In this document: in pieces, positions 9,041 to 17,037 of the stretch | Layout: every line of letters begins with the position of its first letter | Numbering within the stretch: position 1 is the first letter of the stretch | Assembly (NCBI GenBank): GCA_963769695.1 | Contig: CAVYMX010000001.1 | Coordinates: 297,907 to 361,906, forward strand | Source: an uncultured Solirubrobacterales bacterium | GTDB taxonomy: Bacteria; Actinomycetota; Thermoleophilia; Solirubrobacterales; Solirubrobacteraceae | Direction: 5' to 3' | Length of the DNA stretch: 64,000 bases | The notes under the pieces: model-generated | Told to the model about the DNA's origin: nothing | Databases searched by the model: none | What the model saw: only the letters and a program-made list of their open reading frames with translations | Position numbers and translations under genes: made by a program

Positions 9041-10278
9041 TCCAGGCCCCCAAGGGCACCTATGACGTGCTTCCCGAGCAGGCCGCGCGCCGTGAGCTGC
9101 TGGAGGCGCATGCGAAGAAGATCCTGGGCGCTGCGGGCTACCGCCGGATTGAGACGCCGGCCTTCGAGGCGACCGACCTGTTCTCACGTGGGGTGGGGGA
9201 GGCCACTGACATCGTCCAGAAGGAGATGTACACGTTCGACGACGGGGGCGGGCGCTCGCTGACCCTGCGGCCAGAGGGCACGGCCCCAGTCTGCCGGGCG
9301 TACATCGAGCACGGGATGCACAAGCTCCCGCAGCCCGTGAAGCTGTGGTACATGGGTAGCTTCTTCCGTGCCGAGGCGCCGCAGCGAGGGCGCTACCGAC
9401 AGTTCTGGCAGGTCGGCGCCGAGGTGATCGGCTCCGCCGCCCCGGAGACCGACGCCGAGCTGATCGTGCTGTTGGCCGAGCTGCTAGAGGCGCTCGGCGT
9501 AAGGGACACGCACCTGAAGCTCTCGAGCCTGGGCACTCCCGAGACCCGCGCCGAGTACCGCCGGGAGCTGACGGCCTACCTTCGCGAGCACGAGTCCGAG
9601 CTGTCGCAGGATGTGCGCAGCCGGATCGAGCTGAACCCGATGCGCGCGTTCGACGCCGGCGACAGAGGCACTCGCGAGGTGATGGCGCACGCGCCCAAGC
9701 TGCTTCACCGGCTTACCCCCGAGGATGCAGAGCACTTCACGATCGTCCGCGCGCTGCTCGACCGCGCAGGGCTCGCTTACGACCTCGATCCGACGCTCGT
9801 CCGCGGGCTCGACTACTACACGCGGACCGTGTTCGAGTTCTCCAGTGCCGCACTCGGAGCCCAGTCTGGCGTCGGCGGCGGGGGGCGCTACGACCGGCTG
9901 ATCGCGCAACTCGACGGACCGCCAACGCCGGCCTCGGGGTGGGCAGCCGGAGTCGAACGGATGCTGCTTGCGGCGGGCGAGCTACCGACCGCTCCCGACC
10001 TCGTCGACTTGTTCGTCGCCTGGCTGCGCCCGGACGAGGGCGCGATCGCGTTCGAGCTGATCCGGGAGGCCCGGCGTGCCGGACTCAGCGCCCAACAGGA
10101 GCTGGCCGGTCGGTCGCTGAAGGGCCAGCTCCGCTACGCGGACCGGATCGGGGCTCGGTACGTTGCGATCGTCAACGACGATGCGCGGGCCAGCCTGAAG
10201 GACATGGAGTCCGGCGAGCAGCACGACACGAGCACGGAAAACATCATCCCCACGATTCTGCGCAGCAGCAGGCTCTGA
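9037..10278 (+). CDS. hisS: Histidine--tRNA ligase
   Basis: LRPEGTA, RYRQFWQ, LVRGLDYY, GGGRYD. Confidence 0.97.
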   Translation: MIQAPKGTYDVLPEQAARRELLEAHAKKILGAAGYRRIETPAFEATDLFSRGVGEATDIVQKEMYTFDDGGGRSLTLRPEGTAPVCRAYIEHGMHKLPQPVKLWYMGSFFRAEAPQRGRYRQFWQVGAEVIGSAAPETDAELIVLLAELLEALGVRDTHLKLSSLGTPETRAEYRRELTAYLREHESELSQDVRSRIELNPMRAFDAGDRGTREVMAHAPKLLHRLTPEDAEHFTIVRALLDRAGLAYDLDPTLVRGLDYYTRTVFEFSSAALGAQSGVGGGGRYDRLIAQLDGPPTPASGWAAGVERMLLAAGELPTAPDLVDLFVAWLRPDEGAIAFELIREARRAGLSAQQELAGRSLKGQLRYADRIGARYVAIVNDDARASLKDMESGEQHDTSTENIIPTILRSSRL

Positions 10279-12047
10279 TGACGATCGGACACGGTCCACG
10301 ACCCAACAACTATCGCGACGCCTGGTGCGGCCGGCTGACTGCCGAGCGGGCCGGCACGCAGGCGCGCGTCGCCGGGTGGGTGCACCGCCGGCGCGACCAC
10401 GGTGGCCTGATCTTCATCGACTTGCGCGACCGCTCGGGAATCGTCCAGCTCGTGTTCCACCCTGACACCGCGCCGCAGGCGCACCAGGCGGCGCATGCGT
10501 TGCGCGCCGAGGACGTCATCACCGCCGCCGGAACGGTCGCTCGGCGTGAGCCCCAGAACGTCAACCCGAACCTGCGGACCGGCGAGATCGAGCTCGTGGT
10601 CGCCGAGCTCGAGATCCTGGCCGACGCCGACACGCCACCGTTTCCGCTCGACGAGGACATCAACATCGACGAGAACCTCCGGCTCAAACATCGCGCGGTC
10701 GACCTGCGACGTGCACCGATGCAGGCGGCCCTCGCGCTCCGTCACAGCGTGATCAAGACGATGCGCGAGGTGCTGAACGAGCGCGATTTCCTGGAAATAG
10801 AGACCCCGTATCTGACCCGCTCGACACCTGAGGGCGCGCGCGACTATCTCGTCCCGGCTCGGATCCAACCCGGCTCGTTCTACGCGCTGCCGCAATCCCC
10901 GCAGCTGTTCAAGCAGCTGCTGATGATCGGCGGGCTCGAGCGCTACTACCAGATCGCGCGCTGTTTCCGCGACGAGGACTCACGCGCCGACCGGCTGCCC
11001 GAGTTCACGCAACTCGATCTGGAGATGGCGTTCGTCAACGAGGACGACGTGATCGAGACGATGGAGGCGGTGATGGGCGCGGTGTTCGGGCGCGAAGGGT
11101 TCGGCGTCCCGCCGCCGCCCTGGCCGCGAATGACGTTCGCCGAGGCGGTGTCGCGATTCGGCAGCGACCGCCCGGACACCCGCTTCGGGCTCGAGCTGGC
11201 GGACCTTGGTGAGGCGCTGAGCGCGACCGAGTTCAAGGTCTTCGCGGGCGTGCTGGCGAGCGGTGGCGTGGTGCGCGGGATCAACGCGGGCCGGCGCGAG
11301 CTGCCCCGGTCAGAGCTCGACGCGCTGACCCAGCTGGCCAAGCAACATGGGGCCAAGGGTCTGGTGTGGGCGTTCGTGGAGAACGACGCGGCGTGGCGCT
11401 CGCCGATCGCCAAGTTCCTCAAGCCCGACGAGATTGCGGCGGTGAACGCTCGCCTGGCGGCGAGCCCAGGCGATCTGCTGCTGATCGTCGCCGACGAGGT
11501 GACGACCGCGGGTCAGGCGCTCGGCGCGCTGCGGCTGGAGCTCGCGGCCCGGTTCGACTTGATCCCGGCAAACACGCACGACATCCTCTGGGTGGTCGAG
11601 TTTCCCGCCTTCTTCTGGGATCCGGAGCAGAGGCGGTGGGACGCCGCGCACCATCCGTTCACGGCGCCGACCGGGGACCTCTCCGATCCTGCCAGCCTGA
11701 CCTCGCGAGCTTACGACCTCGTTCTCGACGGCAGCGAAATCGGAGGCGGCTCGATCAGGATCAACCAGCTCGAAGTGCAGCAGCGGGTGTTCGAGCTGAT
11801 CGGAATCGGGCCAGAGGAGGCGAACGCCCGGTTCGGTTTCCTGCTCGACGCACTGCGCTACGGCGCCCCGCCCCACGGCGGGATTGCGATGGGGCTGGAC
11901 CGGATCGTCGCCTCGCTGGCGGGGGCGGACTCGATCCGCGACGTGATCGCGTTCCCGAAGGCCGCGAGCGGCGCCGACCCGCTCACCGGCGCCCCGGCAC
12001 CGGTCGAGCCCGAGCAGCTGCGCGAGCTTGGTCTGCGGCTGGCCTGA
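10278..12047 (+). CDS. aspS: Aspartate--tRNA ligase
   Basis: RRDHGGLIFIDLRD, LPQSPQLFKQ, FRDED, GAPPHGGIAMGLDR. Confidence 0.97.
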   Translation: MTIGHGPRPNNYRDAWCGRLTAERAGTQARVAGWVHRRRDHGGLIFIDLRDRSGIVQLVFHPDTAPQAHQAAHALRAEDVITAAGTVARREPQNVNPNLRTGEIELVVAELEILADADTPPFPLDEDINIDENLRLKHRAVDLRRAPMQAALALRHSVIKTMREVLNERDFLEIETPYLTRSTPEGARDYLVPARIQPGSFYALPQSPQLFKQLLMIGGLERYYQIARCFRDEDSRADRLPEFTQLDLEMAFVNEDDVIETMEAVMGAVFGREGFGVPPPPWPRMTFAEAVSRFGSDRPDTRFGLELADLGEALSATEFKVFAGVLASGGVVRGINAGRRELPRSELDALTQLAKQHGAKGLVWAFVENDAAWRSPIAKFLKPDEIAAVNARLAASPGDLLLIVADEVTTAGQALGALRLELAARFDLIPANTHDILWVVEFPAFFWDPEQRRWDAAHHPFTAPTGDLSDPASLTSRAYDLVLDGSEIGGGSIRINQLEVQQRVFELIGIGPEEANARFGFLLDALRYGAPPHGGIAMGLDRIVASLAGADSIRDVIAFPKAASGADPLTGAPAPVEPEQLRELGLRLA

Positions 12048-12096
12048 ACCCGGCCCGGCCGAGGAGGCCACCTCTATGCTCGGCGAACAAGCGACC

Positions 12097-13536
12097 ATGG
12101 ACACAACCGCGTTCGAGCACCATCTGACCTCGCCCCAAGGGCAGGGCCGCGTCCCCCGGGACGCCGCCACTGTGATCGTCAGCGGCGGCTCGTGCTGTGA
12201 TGAGATCCGCTTCTCGATCGCACTCGATCGTGACACGATCGCCGACGCGGGCTTCGATGCGCGGGGTTGTGGTGCCGCGACGGCCGCCGGCAGCGCCGCG
12301 GTCGAACTGGTCCGAAACCGCGCGGTGCTCGAGGCGGCGCGGATCGGGCCGGCTCAGATCGCCCGCGAGCTGGGCGGCCTCAGTCCGGGCAAGCTGCACG
12401 CGGCCGACCTGGCCGCCGATGCGCTGGCGCGTGCACTGGGCGCCGCGGTCAAGAATCACCCCCACCCAGGAGCGGCGCGCAACGCCACGCTCGTCGCGAT
12501 GAGCGGCGGGGTCGATAGCGCGGTCGCCGCACTCCGCTGTGGGCCCTCGGCGGTCGCTGTCACGCTCGAGCTGTGGTCGGACCGGGAGAACGACGCTGAG
12601 CGCAGCTGCTGCTCTGCTTCGGCAGTCGCCCAGGCCCGGGCGCTGGCGCACTCGATCGGGCTGCCCCACTTCACGCTCGACCTGCGGGACGAGTTCAGAG
12701 CCGGCGTCGTCGACCCGTTCATCGATGGCTACGCCGTTGGCGAGACCCCCAACCCGTGTGTCAACTGCAACGGCCATGTGCGGCTCGACGCGATGCTGGA
12801 GTTCGCGAACCGCCTCGGCTGCAACCGGCTCGCGACCGGCCACTATGCGCGGAGCGCCGAGCACGACCATCCCGACGGCCCGCTGCTGCGAACCGCCGCC
12901 GACGGGGCCAAGGACCAGACCTACATGCTCGCGGCGCTCTCACCCACGTCGCTGGCGCGGATGCGGTTTCCGCTCGGCGAGCTGACCAAGCCGGAGGTGA
13001 GGCAGATCGCGGCCGAGGCGGGCCTGCCTGTAGCCGCCAAGGCCGACTCTCAGGACCTGTGCTTCCTCGTGGGCACTGATCGGGCTCGCTTCCTGGCCCG
13101 CCACGGCCGGATCGGCGACCGGCCTGGCTCGATCGTCGATCAGTCAGGCACGGTCCTCGGCCGTCATCGAGGCCAGCACCGATTCACGGTCGGACAGCGG
13201 AAGGGCATCGGCGTCGCCGGAGCCGCGCCGCTGTACGTGCTCGACAAGGACGCCGCCACCGGCGCCGTAACTGTCGGGCCTCGGCAGGCGCTGCGCTGCG
13301 CCCGCATTCCCATCCGCCGAACGCTGCTGCACCGCGCCGGCGCGCGGGTTGACCGGGTCAAACTGCGCTACCGCTCGGCGCCACTGCCGGCCCGCCTGAT
13401 CGGTGACCCGCCCGCCGGCCGCTATCCCGGGCTGACGGTTGAACTCGCAGGCGAGATCGAAGGCGCCGCCCCCGGGCAGCTGGCATGCCTGATGGACGGC
13501 GAGCTCGTCGTGGGGTGGGGAACGATCACCCGTTAG
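12097..13536 (+). CDS. mnmA: tRNA 2-thiouridine(34) synthase with N-terminal IscU/NifU_N-like domain
   Basis: SGGVDS PP-loop, PNPCVNCN, ATGHY, KDQTY, DSQDLCF, FTVGQRKG, APGQ. First ~120 aa align with IscU. Confidence 0.92.
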   Translation: MDTTAFEHHLTSPQGQGRVPRDAATVIVSGGSCCDEIRFSIALDRDTIADAGFDARGCGAATAAGSAAVELVRNRAVLEAARIGPAQIARELGGLSPGKLHAADLAADALARALGAAVKNHPHPGAARNATLVAMSGGVDSAVAALRCGPSAVAVTLELWSDRENDAERSCCSASAVAQARALAHSIGLPHFTLDLRDEFRAGVVDPFIDGYAVGETPNPCVNCNGHVRLDAMLEFANRLGCNRLATGHYARSAEHDHPDGPLLRTAADGAKDQTYMLAALSPTSLARMRFPLGELTKPEVRQIAAEAGLPVAAKADSQDLCFLVGTDRARFLARHGRIGDRPGSIVDQSGTVLGRHRGQHRFTVGQRKGIGVAGAAPLYVLDKDAATGAVTVGPRQALRCARIPIRRTLLHRAGARVDRVKLRYRSAPLPARLIGDPPAGRYPGLTVELAGEIEGAAPGQLACLMDGELVVGWGTITR

Positions 13537-13549
13537 CCTTGCGCCGGCG

Positions 13550-13846
13550 ATGTGGCGCACGTGGGCAGCGGCGATCGTGGCCGAGTACGAAGGCCAGGAC
13601 ACCAGCGCGGCGTGGCTGATCGACCTCGCGAGCGGCGGCTCGCGGGGTGGCAGCGCGCGAGCGCTGGAGGTGGCTGGGCAGCCGGTGGCCGGGGCTGCGA
13701 TCGACGCCGCAGGCGACCACGTGCTCGTCGACCGCGGCGGCTTCCTGAACCCGCCGGGTGCCGGTGTGGTTGACGTGCTGCCAGTTGGCGGCGGCCCGGT
13801 GCGAGTGCTGATCAACCATGGCTCCGAGCCCAGCTGGAATCTCTAG
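13550..13846 (+). CDS. Hypothetical protein, possibly the C-terminal remnant of a beta-propeller (TolB-like) gene
   Basis: 98-aa ORF with GC3 bias ending VLINHGSEPSWNL. Confidence 0.35.
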   Translation: MWRTWAAAIVAEYEGQDTSAAWLIDLASGGSRGGSARALEVAGQPVAGAAIDAAGDHVLVDRGGFLNPPGAGVVDVLPVGGGPVRVLINHGSEPSWNL

Positions 13847-13847
13847 C

Positions 13848-15113
13848 GTGCCCGTGCGGATCTCGCTGGTGGTCTCGCGGCTGACGCTGGTTTCGGTGGT
13901 CGTCTGTTTGCTCCTCGCCCCAGGCACGGCCGCAGCCCAAGAAATCGGCACCTGGGGCCACGGGGCGTGGAGCTGGTTCGGTGATCCCCGCGCCGTCGAG
14001 GTCACCGGGCAGTACAACGAGATCTTCGTCGGCTGGATCGACTGGTCCGGAAACGTCGTGGTCGGGGCCTACGATCCCGATTTCGGCGTGACGAGGACGC
14101 ACGTCCTGGCGACGCTGTTCCACGACGATCACAGCGCTCCGTCGATCTTCGTCGAGCCCGACAAGCGCCTGACCGTGTTCTGGTCGGGCCACAACGGCGC
14201 CGAGATGGACTACCGCAGCACGCTGCGTCCCGAGGACATCAGCGCCTGGGGCCCGGTGCAGCACGTTCCCTCCAACGTCCGCGGCGGGCTCGGGTTCACC
14301 TATCCGAACCCGGTGCTGCTGCCCGCCGAGGGCAACAAGCTGTACCTGTTCTGGCGCGGCGCCGATTGGAGCGCCGACTACGCCACCCGCAGCCTTCAGG
14401 GCCGGTGGAGCCCGGCGCGCGAGGTGATCAGGGTGCCCGGGCAGCGCCCCTACGTCAAGGTCGCGGCCAACGGCGACGACGAGATCGGACTCGCGTTCAC
14501 CGACGGTCATCCGCGAAACCTGACGACGAGCGTCTACTACGCCACCTACCGCGCTGGGTCACTGTGGGGGGCGGGCGGCCGCTGGATCGGGCGGATCGCC
14601 GGCGGCCCGATCGCTCCGGGGCAGGCCGACCTCGTCTACGACGGACGGCAAACCGGCGTCCCGGCCTGGGTCTGGGATACGGCCTTCGACGCTCGGGACC
14701 GCCCGGTGATCGTGTACGCAACATTCCCCAACAACGCCACCGACCACCAGTACTGGTACGCCGACTGGACCGGGAGTCGCTGGGTCTCCCACTTCCTAAC
14801 CGACGCGGGCGCGACGATCAGCCCCGGGACGATCGAGTACGAGTACTCGGGCGGAATCGCCCTCGATCATTCCGACCCGTCGATCGTGTTCCTCTCAAAG
14901 CAGGTCGCCGGCGGTTGGGAGATCGAGCGCTGGAGCACCAGCGATGCAGGGTTCACCTGGAGCCATCGGACCGTCGTCCCCGCCGACGGGACGATGAACG
15001 TCCGGCCGGTTGTCCCTCGAGGCTGGCGATCGGGGCCGATGGGATTACTGTGGCTGCGCGGCACGTACGGCACCTACACGGACTACCGGACCTCGGTCGA
15101 CTTCCTTCGATAA
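13848..15113 (+). CDS. Secreted BNR-repeat (BNR_4-like) beta-propeller protein
   Basis: Signal peptide ..TAAA/QE, GAWSWFGDPRA, HDDHSAP, Asp-box STSDAGFTW. Confidence 0.75.
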   Translation: MPVRISLVVSRLTLVSVVVCLLLAPGTAAAQEIGTWGHGAWSWFGDPRAVEVTGQYNEIFVGWIDWSGNVVVGAYDPDFGVTRTHVLATLFHDDHSAPSIFVEPDKRLTVFWSGHNGAEMDYRSTLRPEDISAWGPVQHVPSNVRGGLGFTYPNPVLLPAEGNKLYLFWRGADWSADYATRSLQGRWSPAREVIRVPGQRPYVKVAANGDDEIGLAFTDGHPRNLTTSVYYATYRAGSLWGAGGRWIGRIAGGPIAPGQADLVYDGRQTGVPAWVWDTAFDARDRPVIVYATFPNNATDHQYWYADWTGSRWVSHFLTDAGATISPGTIEYEYSGGIALDHSDPSIVFLSKQVAGGWEIERWSTSDAGFTWSHRTVVPADGTMNVRPVVPRGWRSGPMGLLWLRGTYGTYTDYRTSVDFLR

Positions 15114-15140
15114 CCGGGATGGGGAGGGACGGCCCCCCCC

Positions 15141-15230
15141 GGAAGGCCCCGTAGGCCGAAATCCGTCTCCGCGGCATGCATAAAGGCCCAAGGTCAATTG
15201 TCAGAACGCTGACACCATCCGGCCCGGCCG
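15141..15230 (+). repeat. Internally deleted copy of dispersed palindromic element
   Basis: GGCCGAAATCCGTCTCCGCGGCATGCATAAAGGCCCAAGGT and AATTGTCAGAACGCTGACACCATCCGG match the two flanks of the 43167-43400 copy (reverse complement). Confidence 0.7.
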
Positions 15231-15232
15231 AG

Positions 15233-16684
15233 TCAGCGTATGGCGAAGTCGGCGTGCTGGACGAGCGCCAACGCGTACTGAGGCCAGTAGTCGCCCGTCG
15301 GCGGGGCGCCCGGGACGCATTGCCCCCCGGACTCGCCCGGGTTGCTCGTCCAGGCGAACGCGTCAACGTTCCGGTAGCCGGTGTTGGTGGTCGGCAGTGG
15401 TCCGAGACCTCGGCCCGGCGGGTTGCAGAGCACCTCGTTGCCCTCGGTTTTCCTGTCACCCGGCACCAACGGTCCCTGGCCGTTCTCGCCGGTGTTGACG
15501 ATGAAGTGCTTACCGCCGGTCAGCCGGGAGATCCGCTCGCCGTAGCGGATCTCCTTTGAGGTCCAGTCGAAGTGGGTGGAGTTGAGGAAGAACCCTTGGA
15601 TCTGGGCCACGCCGGCGCGCGTCAGGAGGCTTGCGGTGTGGTGGGCCGACAGGGCGTCGGCGGCGCCCGCGTCGAGATAGACCACGAGCCGGGGGCAGTT
15701 CGCCGCGAGCACGTTGATCGCGTCGCGCAGTTCGGCCATCCGCACCGCGACGCCGTGGGCCGTGAGGCACGGGGCGGTGATCAGCGAGTCCATCTCGAGC
15801 AGCAGCACGGCGCGGTACGAGCCGATCCCATGCGCGAACCCGGTTATGAAGTTGTGGTAAGCGAGCTGGTCTCCCGGGGAGTCGGACCAATGCCCGCAGT
15901 GCCCATCGACGATCCGGTAGGTCGCGAGCATCGGCACCGCTCCCGGCTGCTGCACCGCCGCGCGTGCGAGGTACCGAGACACGACCACCGCGATCGTCGG
16001 CACCACGCCGCCGCCGTAGCTGAAGGACCCGAACCGCGCCACGCCGGGCTGACGCGCGATCACGTTCAACGCCGGGTACTGCCGCGCAGCGATCGCCGGC
16101 TCGCTGTCCGGATCGACGAAGAACGTGGCGCCGGCGAGCGGGTTGTTGGGCGGCGGCGGCGTCGCCAGCGCGAGCGGATTGGACGCGATGTGGGTCACCG
16201 GAGGGTCGTTGTTGAGGATTGTGAGCACTGCGGTCGAGGGATTGCCGAGCCCGATGCGACCAGGCCAGGTCGCCGGGCCGAACAGCGAGACCTGGATCGT
16301 CTTGGGCACGCTGTCGGTGCCGTGGTCGACGATTGGGACCCTGAAGCGGGCGGTCGTCTGGCCGGCAGCGAAATCGATCTCGCGCTTGGCGGAGGTGTAG
16401 TCGTACTGTGGGTCAGCGGTGCACATCATGGCGCCGCACGGATGGCCGATCGAGAGCGTGATGTAGCGAATCTGCGCGGCATTCGCCGACTTCTCCCGCG
16501 AGCGCTCAACGGTTATCACGGCCGCGCCGGCGTTCTCGTTGACTGAGTAGTGGGACGCGGAGAGGCGGAAGCCGGACGGATCGAAGAAGGCTGCGCTCGC
16601 GCCGGCGCAAGGGAGCAATCCGGCGACGCCAACCGTCGCCAGTACGAGGCCGCGGGCGGTTCGCGTGACGCGGGCGGCGAGCAT
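15233..16684 (-). CDS. Secreted glycoside hydrolase family 6 protein with Calx-beta domain
   Basis: Signal peptide, Calx-beta (YSVNENAG..VLTILNND), GH6 motifs LEMDSL, VYLDAG, CNPPGRGLG, DAFAW..PGES. Confidence 0.85.
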   Translation of the reverse strand: MLAARVTRTARGLVLATVGVAGLLPCAGASAAFFDPSGFRLSASHYSVNENAGAAVITVERSREKSANAAQIRYITLSIGHPCGAMMCTADPQYDYTSAKREIDFAAGQTTARFRVPIVDHGTDSVPKTIQVSLFGPATWPGRIGLGNPSTAVLTILNNDPPVTHIASNPLALATPPPPNNPLAGATFFVDPDSEPAIAARQYPALNVIARQPGVARFGSFSYGGGVVPTIAVVVSRYLARAAVQQPGAVPMLATYRIVDGHCGHWSDSPGDQLAYHNFITGFAHGIGSYRAVLLLEMDSLITAPCLTAHGVAVRMAELRDAINVLAANCPRLVVYLDAGAADALSAHHTASLLTRAGVAQIQGFFLNSTHFDWTSKEIRYGERISRLTGGKHFIVNTGENGQGPLVPGDRKTEGNEVLCNPPGRGLGPLPTTNTGYRNVDAFAWTSNPGESGGQCVPGAPPTGDYWPQYALALVQHADFAIR

Positions 16685-16787
16685 CTTTAGCTGGGGCACG
16701 GGTGCAGCTCGAGGCCGCACCCGTGAACCCCCTAGCCCCAGCTTCGGCGCGATCCCGAGTTTCTTTAGCGCCCAGCGCCGTGATCGG

Positions 16788-17017
16788 CTAACGGACTGCA
16801 AAGTGCGCATTGACGGTCGAGAGCCCAAGCGGGTTGGACGAGTCGCGGGCGCTGACGGTTTGCCGATCGTTGTCCTCAATCGTCAGGACCGCCCTGGAGG
16901 GCGTCGCCAGCCCGATAGTGGGTCGAGCCTCGCCGCCTGGGCGCCGGCGGGCGTGGTGAGCAGGAGCAGCGTAAAGGCGGCAACGAGCGCCAAGCGGCGT
17001 GTGAGACAGCAGGCCAT
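16788..17017 (-). pseudogene. Remnant of a paralog of the GH6/Calx-beta gene
   Basis: Signal peptide MACCLTRRLALVAAFTLLLLTTPAGAQAARLDP, then out-of-frame IGLATPSRAVLTIEDND..SNPLGL matching the neighbour's IGLGNPSTAVLTILNND..SNPLAL. Confidence 0.65.
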
Positions 17018-17037
17018 CGTGCCTACACTCCGTCCCA

